Positions 33,665-43,459 of a stretch of DNA of 64,000 nt are shown in pieces. The stretch is from positions 27,608 through 91,607 of the forward strand of contig PYIY01000075.1 in the NCBI GenBank assembly GCA_003635195.1, read 5' to 3'. Below the pieces are notes generated by a model. It saw only the letters and a list, made by a program, of their open reading frames with translations, ran no database searches and was not told where the DNA came from. Source of the stretch: Candidatus Poribacteria bacterium. Lineage in GTDB: Bacteria > Poribacteria > WGA-4E > WGA-3G. Each line of letters opens with the position of its first letter. Position 1 is the first letter of the stretch. The translations under genes were made by a program, and so were the position numbers.

Positions 33665-34243
33665 ATGAATTTATTAGAATATCACCACTTTGATCAAGAA
33701 GGAGTTCTCCCTGAAAACGTTACGATGACGTTGGAGGAATTTCTTGAAAATGGATTAGAAGGATATGAATACGTTCAAGGAGAATTGATCCAGATGCCAG
33801 CGACTTCAGTGGAACACGGTTTGGTTGGTGCCAATGTTTTTCTACGTTTAGGTCCGTATGTGTATGAGCATCAACTCGGGGCGGTGTTTTTCGCAGAGAC
33901 GGGCTTTCTGGTAGGAGATCGGGTGCTCAAACCGGATATCGCCTTTCTCTCTACTGAGCGTATTCCGGAAGAACGGCGCAAGGCTTCGCCGGTCGCCCCA
34001 GATCTGGCGGTTGAAGTTATCTCGCCAACCGATATGTTTGATCGTGTTGAGGAAAAAGCGTTTGCGTATCTGGAAGCCGGCACACAGATGGTATGGGTGA
34101 TTGCTCCGCGATCGAAGATTGTGATGGTGTATCGTTCTGAAACTGACATCAAGCTGCTGACCTGTAATGACACACTCAGTGGTGAAGATGTGGTCGAAGG
34201 TTTTTCGTGTGAGGTGGCGAAATTGTTTGAATTGCCCAAATAG
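33665..34243 (+). CDS. Uma2-family (DUF820) putative endonuclease
   Basis: It has the PD-(D/E)xK-like pattern KPDIAFL ... PDLAVEVISPTD that is typical of Uma2 proteins. Confidence 0.75.
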   Translation: MNLLEYHHFDQEGVLPENVTMTLEEFLENGLEGYEYVQGELIQMPATSVEHGLVGANVFLRLGPYVYEHQLGAVFFAETGFLVGDRVLKPDIAFLSTERIPEERRKASPVAPDLAVEVISPTDMFDRVEEKAFAYLEAGTQMVWVIAPRSKIVMVYRSETDIKLLTCNDTLSGEDVVEGFSCEVAKLFELPK

Positions 34244-34328
34244 GTAGGGGAGGACAGAAATCTTGCCTACAGACGGCTTTTACAAGAAAACGTCCGCTTT
34301 CGAGATTTAAAAATCAGAGGCACGGGGC

Positions 34329-35717
34329 TCACTTCATCATTAACATTTTGCGTGTGGTAGTAAAGTTGCGTGCTGTAACGGAGTCGCGTGTGGACTCCGT
34401 GGACAATGTATAGAAATAGATGCCGCTTGCGACAGGTTCGCCCTGCCTGTTTTTACCGTCCCAATAGGCAGCGCGGGATTTGTCGTGGTAGATGCCTGCC
34501 TGTTTAGGTCCTAACGCAAGGGTCCTGACCAACTTTCCATCTGCGGAATAAATGGATACGCTGACATCCGCCGGTTTTGCCAACTGATACGGTATCCACG
34601 TCTCTGGGTTGAACGGGTTCGGATAATTCGGCAAGAGCGCTGTTTCTGCGGGTAGTACAGGTGGTGCCTTAGCAGCATTTATGTCTGCAGTGGTATCAAC
34701 ATCATTAAAGTAGAAGGTTTGAACGATGACCCACATTCTGCCACGCAAAAACCACCCGTCTTCAATCTCACCCCAGAGTTTAATTGAGCGGTCATTCGTC
34801 CGCGTCCATCCGTCTACGCTTGCTGTACCTGTGGAGGTTAGCAGTTCAATATCCGAGACCTGTACAATACTAAACGGATTTTGAAATGTGAGCGTCTCTT
34901 CCCATTCGCGCCTACCGCCTCGGAATTTGATTTCACCGTAGACTTCAATCGCCTGCATGTCCGACCAGTAATCACGGTAACTCGTTTGAAAAGAAGGGGC
35001 TTCTGACGGGACGACCACCGTATTCGGATTAAGGTGGAGGCTATTGATTAGACCTACATCGATTTGGAATTCGTACCATTCCTCGCCTGTTGTCTCATAT
35101 TCCGGTTGCCATTCCAGGGTCCAATGCGCGTTGAGTTGATCAGCATTCCACCATTTGAAGTGTCCGTTAGGATCGGCAATCAAGATTTCGTCCCACCGGG
35201 TATCGTAGCCTACAGCGACCACCCAGTGATACCCTCTATTTGAAAGCCTCAGGAGCATAATAGGCGGACGATTATTTCTAATGTAGCGGCGTATGTCATC
35301 AAGTGTCTGTTTGCTGTACCAGCGTGCGGAAACGCCTGATTCATTGAGTGCCTTTCGGAGTTGGCTCGGTGATGTTCCGAATGTGACAGTTCGGATGCCG
35401 CCTGCCTTCCAGATATCCTTGAGTCGCCGATGCTTTCTGTGATAGTAGAGCAGCATCTGGACGCTATTGGGACCACAGTTTTTATCGAACTGCTCCATCA
35501 TGATGAAATCGTTTCCACCTTTATGTGGGATATACCCGTTGCCCATCAGGTCATACCGTGTTAGATCAAGTGGGAGCCCTTTGAGGGTGACTATTTCGTT
35601 ACCTTTGCCGTAAGGATACGGATAGACTTCTGCCTCGCTGCATATTGGGGTAGCAGCAAGCATGAGTAGGACAAGCGCGATGTAGAACGTGTTGTGTGAA
35701 TAGCGGAGATGTTTCAT
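34329..35717 (-). CDS. Secreted papain-like/C39-like cysteine peptidase with a C-terminal T9SS-type (FlgD-Ig-like) sorting domain
   Basis: It has a signal peptide. NCGPNSVQMLLYY (Cys) and GYHWVVAVGYD (His) are the candidate catalytic motifs. The C-terminus is LLPNYPNPFNPETWIPYQL...SGIYFYTL. Confidence 0.65.
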   Translation of the reverse strand: MKHLRYSHNTFYIALVLLMLAATPICSEAEVYPYPYGKGNEIVTLKGLPLDLTRYDLMGNGYIPHKGGNDFIMMEQFDKNCGPNSVQMLLYYHRKHRRLKDIWKAGGIRTVTFGTSPSQLRKALNESGVSARWYSKQTLDDIRRYIRNNRPPIMLLRLSNRGYHWVVAVGYDTRWDEILIADPNGHFKWWNADQLNAHWTLEWQPEYETTGEEWYEFQIDVGLINSLHLNPNTVVVPSEAPSFQTSYRDYWSDMQAIEVYGEIKFRGGRREWEETLTFQNPFSIVQVSDIELLTSTGTASVDGWTRTNDRSIKLWGEIEDGWFLRGRMWVIVQTFYFNDVDTTADINAAKAPPVLPAETALLPNYPNPFNPETWIPYQLAKPADVSVSIYSADGKLVRTLALGPKQAGIYHDKSRAAYWDGKNRQGEPVASGIYFYTLSTESTRDSVTARNFTTTRKMLMMK

Positions 35718-35849
35718 ATCCTTTCCTTTTGATGCAGTTTACCAAAACTTTCGTTTTTAGTCAAATCGAAAACGGAAAATCTTCTATGGAAAAAAAGATG
35801 ATTGTGATATAGTATGCAGCAAGGTTAGGAGAATTTACGGAACTCTATT

Positions 35850-37781
35850 TTGAAAGGCAATCACTTGATTCAACAACAAGTCAGAGATAGCCTCACATGG
35901 CGTGCAGTATTGATAGGCTTAGCGTGTGCGACTACCGAATGTCTTCTCGCGCCTTACAACGATTACGTCATCCGTAACATCTTCCTTGCAGGTGGACACT
36001 TCCCAGTCGCCCCCTTCTTTGTCCTGACGATTTTTGTGTTGGGCATCAACGTCTTCTTGAAACGATTTTATCCTGCCTCAGCGTTTTCACCCGGAGAACT
36101 TGTCACGATTTGGTGCATCATGCTTGCCCCGGCAGGTATCCCGTCTTCAGGGATGATGCGTTACGCGCTCAGCCCGATGGTGGCTTATAAGTATCTTGCT
36201 ACGCCGGAAAACGACTGGGAATCGCTATTTCACCACTATATCCCGCATTGGCGCGTGGTACAAGACCATACTGCAGCCCAGTCATTCTTTGAAGGGTTGT
36301 TTGCAGGTGAATCGGTGCCCTGGGGCGCATGGATAACCCCGATCTTGACGTGGAGCGCGTACGTGTTGGTTGTCTATTTCGTGATGATCTGTCTCTCTGT
36401 GCTACTCCGCAAGCAGTGGGTGGAGCACGAGCGTTGTGCATTTCCGCTCGTTAAGTTACCAGCGGAAATGGCGGGGCAAGGTCGCGGCAGCCTTGGTCCG
36501 CTTTTTAAGAACAGTGCGCTCTGGTTCGGCTTTGCGTTTCCTGTGTTCCTACATACAATGAACGGTCTGCATACGTTTTTTCCGAACACACCACATATCC
36601 CACGCGATTTTTGGCTCAACCAGTACCTCGTTGAGCGTCCTTGGAGTGCCTTACGTCCATTTCAAATTGTTATCTTCTGGTCGATGGTCGGATTTAGTTA
36701 TCTGCTCACCTTAGAGGTATCGTTTAGTATATGGTTTTTCTTTGTCTTTTACAAACTGCAATGCCTCTTGGGTGTAATGCTCGGTTTTCAACTCACTTCA
36801 GGCCCGGGAGTACAGTGGACAGGTAAGTCATTTAGTGCAGCACAAGAGGCGGGGGCGTGTCTGGCATTCGTCGCTATTGCGCTCTGGAAGGCGAGACACC
36901 ACATTAAAAACATGCTCCAGTTTCGACCCTCCGATGAAGCACTTCCACATAGTGTCACAATCTTCGGACTTCTCGGCGGTATCTGTGTGCTTATATTTTT
37001 CAACCATCTGATGGGGATGTCCCTCTTATTTGCGGTCGGTTTCGTGCTATTTCTGCTGGCGATGTATATTGTGCTGACGTGGCAGGTAATCAACGGCGGA
37101 ATCCCGTTTATCAATCCTTCGTTTTCACCGCAGAGTTTTTACCTGACAACCCTCGGTACCTCAAAAATCCACCCCTCTACGTTGACTTCGATAATGATGC
37201 ATCCGGTGTGCCTCACATTAGACCTTCGCGAATTTATGATGCCGAATATTATGAACGGGTTAAAAGCAGCAGACGAGGTTCGCGTCAAACGTCGGCAACT
37301 TCTGATCGCGATGGGGGTTGCGATGGTTATCGGACTCGCTGTTTCTTATTACTCTGCAATCAAAATTAGTTATGCACATGGCGCGCCTTATACCGGTGGC
37401 AGTTGGTTTATGCGGCAACTTGAAGGACTCCTCACCAGCCCGAAGACAAGTACAAATTGGACGAACACCGGGTTTATGGTCTTTGGCAGTGGTTTCACGG
37501 TCTTTTTAATGTGGATGCGTCAAACCTTTGTGTGGTGGCCCCTGCATCCGCTCGGTTATACGATGCTGAGTTCCTGGGCGACGTTTAAGCTCTGGTTCTC
37601 CATATTCTTGGGTTGGGGACTGAAGTTTAGTATCGTGAAATATGGTGGATTGAAGGCGTATCGGAGCGCGAGACCGATATTCCTTGGACTGGTCCTTGGG
37701 GAGATGACATGTGCTGGACTCTGGGCAATTATCGGGATGGTTACTGGGATTAGCACGGGGTATCGGATTTTACCAGATTAG
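35850..37781 (+). CDS. Polytopic inner-membrane protein of unknown function (at least 12 predicted TM helices)
   Basis: 643-aa ORF with a TTG start. It is hydrophobic throughout, and I recognised no transporter signature. Confidence 0.6.
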   Translation: MKGNHLIQQQVRDSLTWRAVLIGLACATTECLLAPYNDYVIRNIFLAGGHFPVAPFFVLTIFVLGINVFLKRFYPASAFSPGELVTIWCIMLAPAGIPSSGMMRYALSPMVAYKYLATPENDWESLFHHYIPHWRVVQDHTAAQSFFEGLFAGESVPWGAWITPILTWSAYVLVVYFVMICLSVLLRKQWVEHERCAFPLVKLPAEMAGQGRGSLGPLFKNSALWFGFAFPVFLHTMNGLHTFFPNTPHIPRDFWLNQYLVERPWSALRPFQIVIFWSMVGFSYLLTLEVSFSIWFFFVFYKLQCLLGVMLGFQLTSGPGVQWTGKSFSAAQEAGACLAFVAIALWKARHHIKNMLQFRPSDEALPHSVTIFGLLGGICVLIFFNHLMGMSLLFAVGFVLFLLAMYIVLTWQVINGGIPFINPSFSPQSFYLTTLGTSKIHPSTLTSIMMHPVCLTLDLREFMMPNIMNGLKAADEVRVKRRQLLIAMGVAMVIGLAVSYYSAIKISYAHGAPYTGGSWFMRQLEGLLTSPKTSTNWTNTGFMVFGSGFTVFLMWMRQTFVWWPLHPLGYTMLSSWATFKLWFSIFLGWGLKFSIVKYGGLKAYRSARPIFLGLVLGEMTCAGLWAIIGMVTGISTGYRILPD

Positions 37782-37885
37782 GCATCCGTCTGGAGAGTTT
37801 TGCCTTGACATTCGGATGAATACCGCGTATCATTAAAAAAGAATCCCACGGTTAAAAGATTAAAGTAAAAACTCTATAGGAACCT

Positions 37886-39901
37886 ATGAAAAAACACCCT
37901 GTTATCTTACTCTTTCTATCCGTTTTCTGCTCGCTATGCGTCGGATTACCGTCCGCATTTTCAGTCGATTTTATCCAATTAGAGCGTGAATTCGCTGGCA
38001 AAGGTTCAACCCAAGGACGGTTTAGCAAGGATATACACCTCGCCTTTGATAAACAACACATCTATGTTAGCGACACCGAGAACCGGCTCATCCAGAAGTT
38101 GTCAGCGACCGGAGAATTTCTACTTCAATTTCCAGAAGTCCCCGAATCCCCAGATAATATCCTACGGAAACCTGGGCATCTCGCCGTGGATAGCACCGGG
38201 AACATTTACGTTGCTGATGTAACAGTGCAGCATATCGCTGAAACCGCTGACCCAAAAGTTTATATGTTCGCACCGTGTGTCCACAAATTCGGTCCAATCG
38301 GTGAATTGTTAGACACCTACTTTGTTGACACAATAGATGTCTATCCAAAGGTTGTGTTGCCAGGAAATATCATCATTGACGAAGCGGGAAAAAGTGCTTT
38401 TGCCATTCAACCGAGAGGACATGATAGAGCTCTCCGCGTTGCGCTCAATGCCCAAGATGAACTCTATGTCTTGGACGCGGAGCGGGGACGTATTCACAAG
38501 TTCGGTGCCGATGGGAAAAAGATGACCATTTTCGGTAGATACGGTGCGGGCGATGGTGAATTTGATACGGATGCCTCCGACATTGCTATTGATGCGCGCG
38601 GAAATATTCTCATCGCGGATACTGGTAATCACCGAGTTGTGAGGTTTGATGCAGCAGGGAAATCGCTCGGCAGCTTCGGACGAAAAGGCCGTGGGAACGG
38701 CGAATTCATGAAGCCGATGGCACTTGTTGCGCTGCCGACTGGCGAAATTCTCGTTAAAGATGCCAGCCGATTTCGGAGAAAAGTCGGTGGGCTGCCAGAG
38801 GTTGTCGTCCTTTCACCGACCTTGACGCAGTTGACGGAGAGCGCACCCGGTCAAACAGAACTCGCCGATACGATCACGAGTGCGACGCGGGCTCAATACG
38901 GTCCGTTTGCACAGAATCCTGCAGTGGCTGCCGATACCGCTGCCCTGAATAGACGCGTCCGCTTGTTGGAAGAAGCAGAATACAGTCGCTACTACGCCGA
39001 TGAAACCGACGCAGAATACACAGAAGAACTTGCTGAAGAACTGAAACGCAAAGACATCCGGCTGACACTCTTTCATAATGTCATCTCACGTATCCAAAAG
39101 TTTGATGGCAGGGGACGGTATATCGGACGGATTGTTTATGAGACAGACCAACTCAGCGAAGAGAAGCACGATCAGACTTTCTTGGATCTTGATGCCGCGG
39201 GCTATCTCTATCTACGGGATGATAGTGATTTTACCATCGCGCAGTATTCTGTCACAGGGTTTACTGTGAAGCCTTCTCACATGAACGGTTTTTATAGCCT
39301 GCGTGCTGCCAATCTCCATAATCACTACTTGGAAGATTATGAAGACATCGATTTTTCAACGGATGTTGACGATAAACTCAGCCAATTGGAACTTAAAAAT
39401 CTATTTGGATGGACGTATAGTCTCTCTGAACGGTGGCACTTGACATTCCTTGACGAATTAACGTATGGCGAGCAGGATGAACGTTATATCACGCCTGCAA
39501 AGAGAGAGGACAGTTACGATTTTGGGACACAGGCGTTAGAGAACGCTTTCGCCGCGAATCTGAAATTTATCACCAATCCGAACCCATATCGGTATAAAGA
39601 GTTGAATTTTTCTATTGGACGGGTCGATGGTACGTCTGATTTGACGCAGGATGCCCTCTACCCGGACCTTAACAAACAGCGTAGAATTGACACTGGCGAT
39701 GCAAGTTCCACAGTTATCGAATTGAATTGGGATATCTGGTCCCGGACAAACCTATGGCTCCGTTATGCTGATCTCAATCCCGCAGAAACGAGCCGTAATT
39801 TTATCCGGCGATTTTACGATGTTTCCGGCGATCTCTATGAAGTGTTTGGGAGCCGTAATCAGGCGCGCCAGTTCCTTGGCGAGTTGACTATAAAGTTTTA
39901 A
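37886..39901 (+). CDS. Secreted NHL-repeat protein with a C-terminal beta-rich domain
   Basis: It has a signal peptide and NHL units (IYVSDTENRLIQKL, IYVADV, LYVLDAERGRIHKF, ILIADTGNHRVVRFD). The C-terminal 250 aa are aromatic-rich and end in LTIKF. Confidence 0.7.
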   Translation: MKKHPVILLFLSVFCSLCVGLPSAFSVDFIQLEREFAGKGSTQGRFSKDIHLAFDKQHIYVSDTENRLIQKLSATGEFLLQFPEVPESPDNILRKPGHLAVDSTGNIYVADVTVQHIAETADPKVYMFAPCVHKFGPIGELLDTYFVDTIDVYPKVVLPGNIIIDEAGKSAFAIQPRGHDRALRVALNAQDELYVLDAERGRIHKFGADGKKMTIFGRYGAGDGEFDTDASDIAIDARGNILIADTGNHRVVRFDAAGKSLGSFGRKGRGNGEFMKPMALVALPTGEILVKDASRFRRKVGGLPEVVVLSPTLTQLTESAPGQTELADTITSATRAQYGPFAQNPAVAADTAALNRRVRLLEEAEYSRYYADETDAEYTEELAEELKRKDIRLTLFHNVISRIQKFDGRGRYIGRIVYETDQLSEEKHDQTFLDLDAAGYLYLRDDSDFTIAQYSVTGFTVKPSHMNGFYSLRAANLHNHYLEDYEDIDFSTDVDDKLSQLELKNLFGWTYSLSERWHLTFLDELTYGEQDERYITPAKREDSYDFGTQALENAFAANLKFITNPNPYRYKELNFSIGRVDGTSDLTQDALYPDLNKQRRIDTGDASSTVIELNWDIWSRTNLWLRYADLNPAETSRNFIRRFYDVSGDLYEVFGSRNQARQFLGELTIKF

Positions 39902-39955
39902 AAGTAGTAGGCACAGTCCCTGTGCCGTCCACCAAAAGTGAGAGTATCTATAAAT

Positions 39956-40918
39956 ATGGAGTTTCGCGCCCTTTATCCTGATGAGTTAGAGAAGTGGCTG
40001 GACCATGTCACGCACGTCTTTACGGGCGGTCGCCAATACTTTTCTAACCATTGGCATAACGACCCGTGGCGGGACCCAGAGGGTATCCGAATTGCGGTTG
40101 ACGAGGGTAAAATCGTCAGCACGGTTCGTGTTTTTATTCGTAAGATGTTTCTGCACGGTGAACTGGTAACTGTTGGTGGCATCGGCGAAGTCAGCACACG
40201 CCCAGAATACCAGCGGCGTGGACTTGCGACGCAGCTTCTCAAGGATTCAATTCAGTTCATGGAATCCCGCGATATAGTTATGTCTTCGCTGCACGGCAGC
40301 CAACGTATCTACTCGGTTGAGGGATGGGAGAGAGTGCCGCGTTACTATGCGAGACAACCTCTCGCGGCGAAAAAACAGGTGGCGTGGGAGGTGCGTCCTG
40401 CTAATTTTGATGATGGAGCCGAAGTCAAGCGGATTGCCACTATCTACGACGCATACGCACGTAAATTCAACGGCACTTTTGTTAGAGACGATATGGCGTA
40501 TTGGCGGGAGTGGGTGCGGACGGAGTCGCCGAGTGCTTGGGTGGCTGAACGCGACGGCAGTATTGAAGGTTATGTTTCTGTCATTCGCCGAGAAGACCAA
40601 CTGAATGTTGAGGAATTCGTCGCTTCGGAAGCAGCTTTCGCGCAGGAGAGAGGTAAGCAACTTTTTGAAGATATGCTATCTAATGTAATCGCACAGATAG
40701 ATGAGGTATCGCTTGAAGTCGTCTATCCAGCACCTATCGCAGACGGTTTCAATGCACCTGTGATTGACGAACACGGCAGTACGATGTATCGCATCAATCA
40801 GCCCGATGCGCTTTCCAATTCATTTGATTCAATCCCGAATCTGTTACACAACCAACCGCAACCTCTATCACAAGGCATCAAATCGCATCACGTCTTTTGG
40901 TATACTGATGGATATTAA
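39956..40918 (+). CDS. GNAT-family N-acetyltransferase (Eis-like architecture)
   Basis: The acetyl-CoA motif is VGGIGEVSTRPEYQRRGLATQLL. The ATG at 39956 is preferred over the GTG at 39938. Confidence 0.75.
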   Translation: MEFRALYPDELEKWLDHVTHVFTGGRQYFSNHWHNDPWRDPEGIRIAVDEGKIVSTVRVFIRKMFLHGELVTVGGIGEVSTRPEYQRRGLATQLLKDSIQFMESRDIVMSSLHGSQRIYSVEGWERVPRYYARQPLAAKKQVAWEVRPANFDDGAEVKRIATIYDAYARKFNGTFVRDDMAYWREWVRTESPSAWVAERDGSIEGYVSVIRREDQLNVEEFVASEAAFAQERGKQLFEDMLSNVIAQIDEVSLEVVYPAPIADGFNAPVIDEHGSTMYRINQPDALSNSFDSIPNLLHNQPQPLSQGIKSHHVFWYTDGY

Positions 40919-40958
40919 GGCATTTTCTGGCATTTTTTCGATAAGTTAATTTTGAAAT

Positions 40959-41222
40959 ATGGCAATCTCAAGTCGCGAGGTTATAAAAAGATTAAGAAAA
41001 GAAAAGTGGATGTTAGTTCATGTTGTTGGAAGTCATCACCACTACAAACACCCTAACAAGCCTGGTAGAGTAACTGTTCCTCACCCCAACAAAGACCTAC
41101 GGAGACAGACTTTGCTAAGTATTTGTAGGCAAGCAGGATGGGATGGTTGGGATCCAGATTGGAAAAAACAAAAGAAGCAAAGTACACGAGGTGTTCTATG
41201 TATAGGCATTACGCTATTGTGA
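40959..41222 (+). CDS. hicA: HicA-family mRNA-interferase toxin
   Basis: The motif is VIKRLRKEKWMLVHVVGSHHHYKHPNKPGRVTVPHP. The 3-prime end overlaps hicB. Confidence 0.8.
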   Translation: MAISSREVIKRLRKEKWMLVHVVGSHHHYKHPNKPGRVTVPHPNKDLRRQTLLSICRQAGWDGWDPDWKKQKKQSTRGVLCIGITLL

Positions 41223-41545
41223 TTCACAAAGACTCAGATAGTGACTACTGTGTAACCGTTCCAGATCTACCCGGTTGCATAACGGCTGGGGATACATTGG
41301 AGGACGCACAAAATCAAGCGGTCGAAGCTATCCAATGTCACGTTGAAGGCATGCTACTTGATGGTGAACCAATTCCTGAAACGAAAGAGATTGCATTCCA
41401 CCAAGATAATCCAGACTATGCTGATGGGGTGTGGAAATCCATAACAATAGTTCTGCCCGACATTTCCGAAATTCGGGTCTCTCGCCCTGGTCGGATTCGG
41501 AAATTTTTCCAGTGGTTCAGCCAAACGACGCAAATTTTGCGTTAA
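41198..41545 (+). CDS. hicB: HicB-family antitoxin (N-terminal HicB fold; no recognisable RHH/HTH tail)
   Basis: GAGGTG lies 5 nt before ATG 41198. The motif is YAIVIHKDSDSDYCVTVPDLPGCITAGDTLEDAQNQAVEAIQCHVE. Confidence 0.75.
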   Translation: MYRHYAIVIHKDSDSDYCVTVPDLPGCITAGDTLEDAQNQAVEAIQCHVEGMLLDGEPIPETKEIAFHQDNPDYADGVWKSITIVLPDISEIRVSRPGRIRKFFQWFSQTTQILR

Positions 41546-41602
41546 AATTAATTTGGGCTACGAAATTATGGGAGTGAAACTTAACACAAGAAAGACTACA
41601 TA

Positions 41603-42418
41603 ATGGAATATAACAAAAAGCCGTTCCTATATTTCATAGGTTTAATGTTTCTCCTTCTTTGTGGAATGACTGTAGCAAATGCCCAAAGTCCACAGCAAAT
41701 TGCGAAAAAAGCGTTGGCTTCTACGGTACTTTTGGTCATGGAAGATGCTAACGGTCAACCGCTTTCACTTGGTAGTGGATTCTTTGTCCGTGATGGTCAG
41801 GTTGCTACAAATCTTCATGTTGTTAAGGGTGCTTCGCGAGGTTACGTCAGACTGGTAGATCAAAAGACGAAATACGACATTGAAGGCATCACAGCGGTTA
41901 ACGCGGAGCGCGATCTGGTCATCCTGAAAATTTCAGTTCCCGGAGTGCAGGTAATTTCGCTTGGTGATAGCGATATGGTTCAAGTTGGTTCACCTATTTA
42001 TGCCGTGGGCAACCCACGGGGATTGGAAGGCACGTTCTCACAAGGCATCATCAGTAGTATCCGAAAAGTTGGAACGGATAAAATTCTGCAGCTCACTGCG
42101 CCGATCCCTCCAGGGAGCAGCGGTGGACCCGTGTTAAGTGACAAAGGACAAGTTATCGGTGTTTCTGTGGCAACCTTCCGCGGTGGACAAAATCTCAACT
42201 TCGCGATTCCATCAAATTACCTTAAGAAATTGATGGAACAGATAGGACCCGCGAAACCGTTTCCAAAAGCAACCCTTGTTGAACCTAAACAATCTATCTT
42301 GGATGGCGTTGGTGATAAAATCACTGAAGGAATAGTCGTCGGCAAGAAAATTGTTGATGGTAGTATAGTTTCTTTTTCTATACGTTCCCATCTGCGTCAA
42401 GATGTGCAGCATTGTTAA
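41603..42418 (+). CDS. Secreted trypsin-like serine protease (S1C/HtrA-like core, no PDZ)
   Basis: It has a signal peptide and the motifs GSGFFV..ATNLHVV, ERDLVILK and PPGSSGGPVL. Confidence 0.8.
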   Translation: MEYNKKPFLYFIGLMFLLLCGMTVANAQSPQQIAKKALASTVLLVMEDANGQPLSLGSGFFVRDGQVATNLHVVKGASRGYVRLVDQKTKYDIEGITAVNAERDLVILKISVPGVQVISLGDSDMVQVGSPIYAVGNPRGLEGTFSQGIISSIRKVGTDKILQLTAPIPPGSSGGPVLSDKGQVIGVSVATFRGGQNLNFAIPSNYLKKLMEQIGPAKPFPKATLVEPKQSILDGVGDKITEGIVVGKKIVDGSIVSFSIRSHLRQDVQHC

Positions 42419-42654
42419 GAAGCTCCATCACGGGAAGAGACAACATCAATGATTATTTCGTTCTCGAGTGCACGTGCAGCATAGGCGAGGACCGCCCGGA
42501 TGCTTTCTTCACTTAGTTCTGGATAGTCCGCGATGATCTCTTCATGTGACATACCGCTCGCCAATAATCCTAATATATGCTCCACGCTCAAACGTGTGCC
42601 ATCAACAATCGGTTTTCCGCCAAGGATTCCCGGATTAGCAACTATTCTGGCCAT
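42415..42654 (-). CDS. DUF433-domain protein (antitoxin-like HTH)
   Basis: The motif is ILGGKPIVDGTRLSVEHILGLLASGMSHEEIIADYPELSEESIRAVLAYA. Confidence 0.8.
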   Translation of the reverse strand: MARIVANPGILGGKPIVDGTRLSVEHILGLLASGMSHEEIIADYPELSEESIRAVLAYAARALENEIIIDVVSSRDGAS

Positions 42655-42797
42655 AATTTTTACCTCCGTATTGAAAAATCGTTAATCTCACTTGTATATA
42701 GTTTACCAGAATTTGTGGTTTGTATCAAATCGTTTTGCTGAATTCCGCAAGGCTATTTATACTAAACTTTGGACAATTTTTAGTGGGATAGACATGC

Positions 42798-42890
42798 CGA
42801 AGAAACACCCCAGCAAAAACCCCCTACGGGGCTTGGCCGCGGGGGTCCGCCTTTTCTATAGACATTTCGTCCCTACGGGACTGGCCCTCG
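42798..42890. repeat. Family C element, copy C3
   Basis: Sequence cgaagaaacaccccagcaaaaaccccctacggggcttggccgcgggggtccgcc...cgtccctacgggactggccctcg. Confidence 0.65.
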
Positions 42891-43042
42891 GTGCAGTCGA
42901 GTTTATTTTTCTGTGAGTTACGTTGTGTGATAAACTTTCAGAAAAATCAGAGATGCTTTGAAAACAGGTTATTGAACTCGACAGAAACTGTCCAAACTAT
43001 AGTATTTATACTAAAACCTATAATTAATTGGGCACTCTCAAA

Positions 43043-43075
43043 CAGTCTGAATGCCTATAACAGGCATTCAGACTG
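43043..43075. other. Perfect 14-bp stem hairpin
   Basis: cagtctgaatgcct-ataac-aggcattcagactg, with no U tract on either side. Confidence 0.8.
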
Positions 43076-43167
43076 GCACAAACTAAAAGTTTATGCTACC
43101 AAGGGGTCAGGTGAGTACGCCGCAAATCAAGTATTTTCTCGGATTTCACGGATTGAGAAATGCGTGC

Positions 43168-43274
43168 CACAGGCTAACGGTTTCCTATGCTACAAGTGAT
43201 ACTTTGCCTAGACTAACGGTCTCCTATGCTACAAGTGATACTTTGCACAGGCTAACGGTTTCCTATGCTACAGG
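43168..43274. repeat. 39-bp direct tandem repeat, 2.7 units
   Basis: Units start at 43168, 43207 and 43246. The unit is cacaggctaacggtttcctatgctacaagtgatactttg with a few substitutions. It lies about 185 nt upstream of the oxidoreductase gene. Confidence 0.85.
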
Positions 43275-43459
43275 ACAGCATTTTTATCTATCGCGCGTCA
43301 AAAACTTTACATGCCCTGCTGAATTATCTCCGATTTCCTACAAAAAGTTTGACTTCTATTTCGGCACGGTATATAATCGTTGCTATGATAAAATTGTGAA
43401 TCTCATAGCCATCTTGTTTTTAGTTTTTCGTCGTTTGAAGTTACAGGGAGGATATGGAC

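Noticed and set aside
43168-43274. 39-bp repeats considered as a mini CRISPR array
   Set aside because: The units are directly adjacent with no spacers, there are only 2.7 copies, no cas genes are in the window, and the unit is not palindromic like typical CRISPR repeats.
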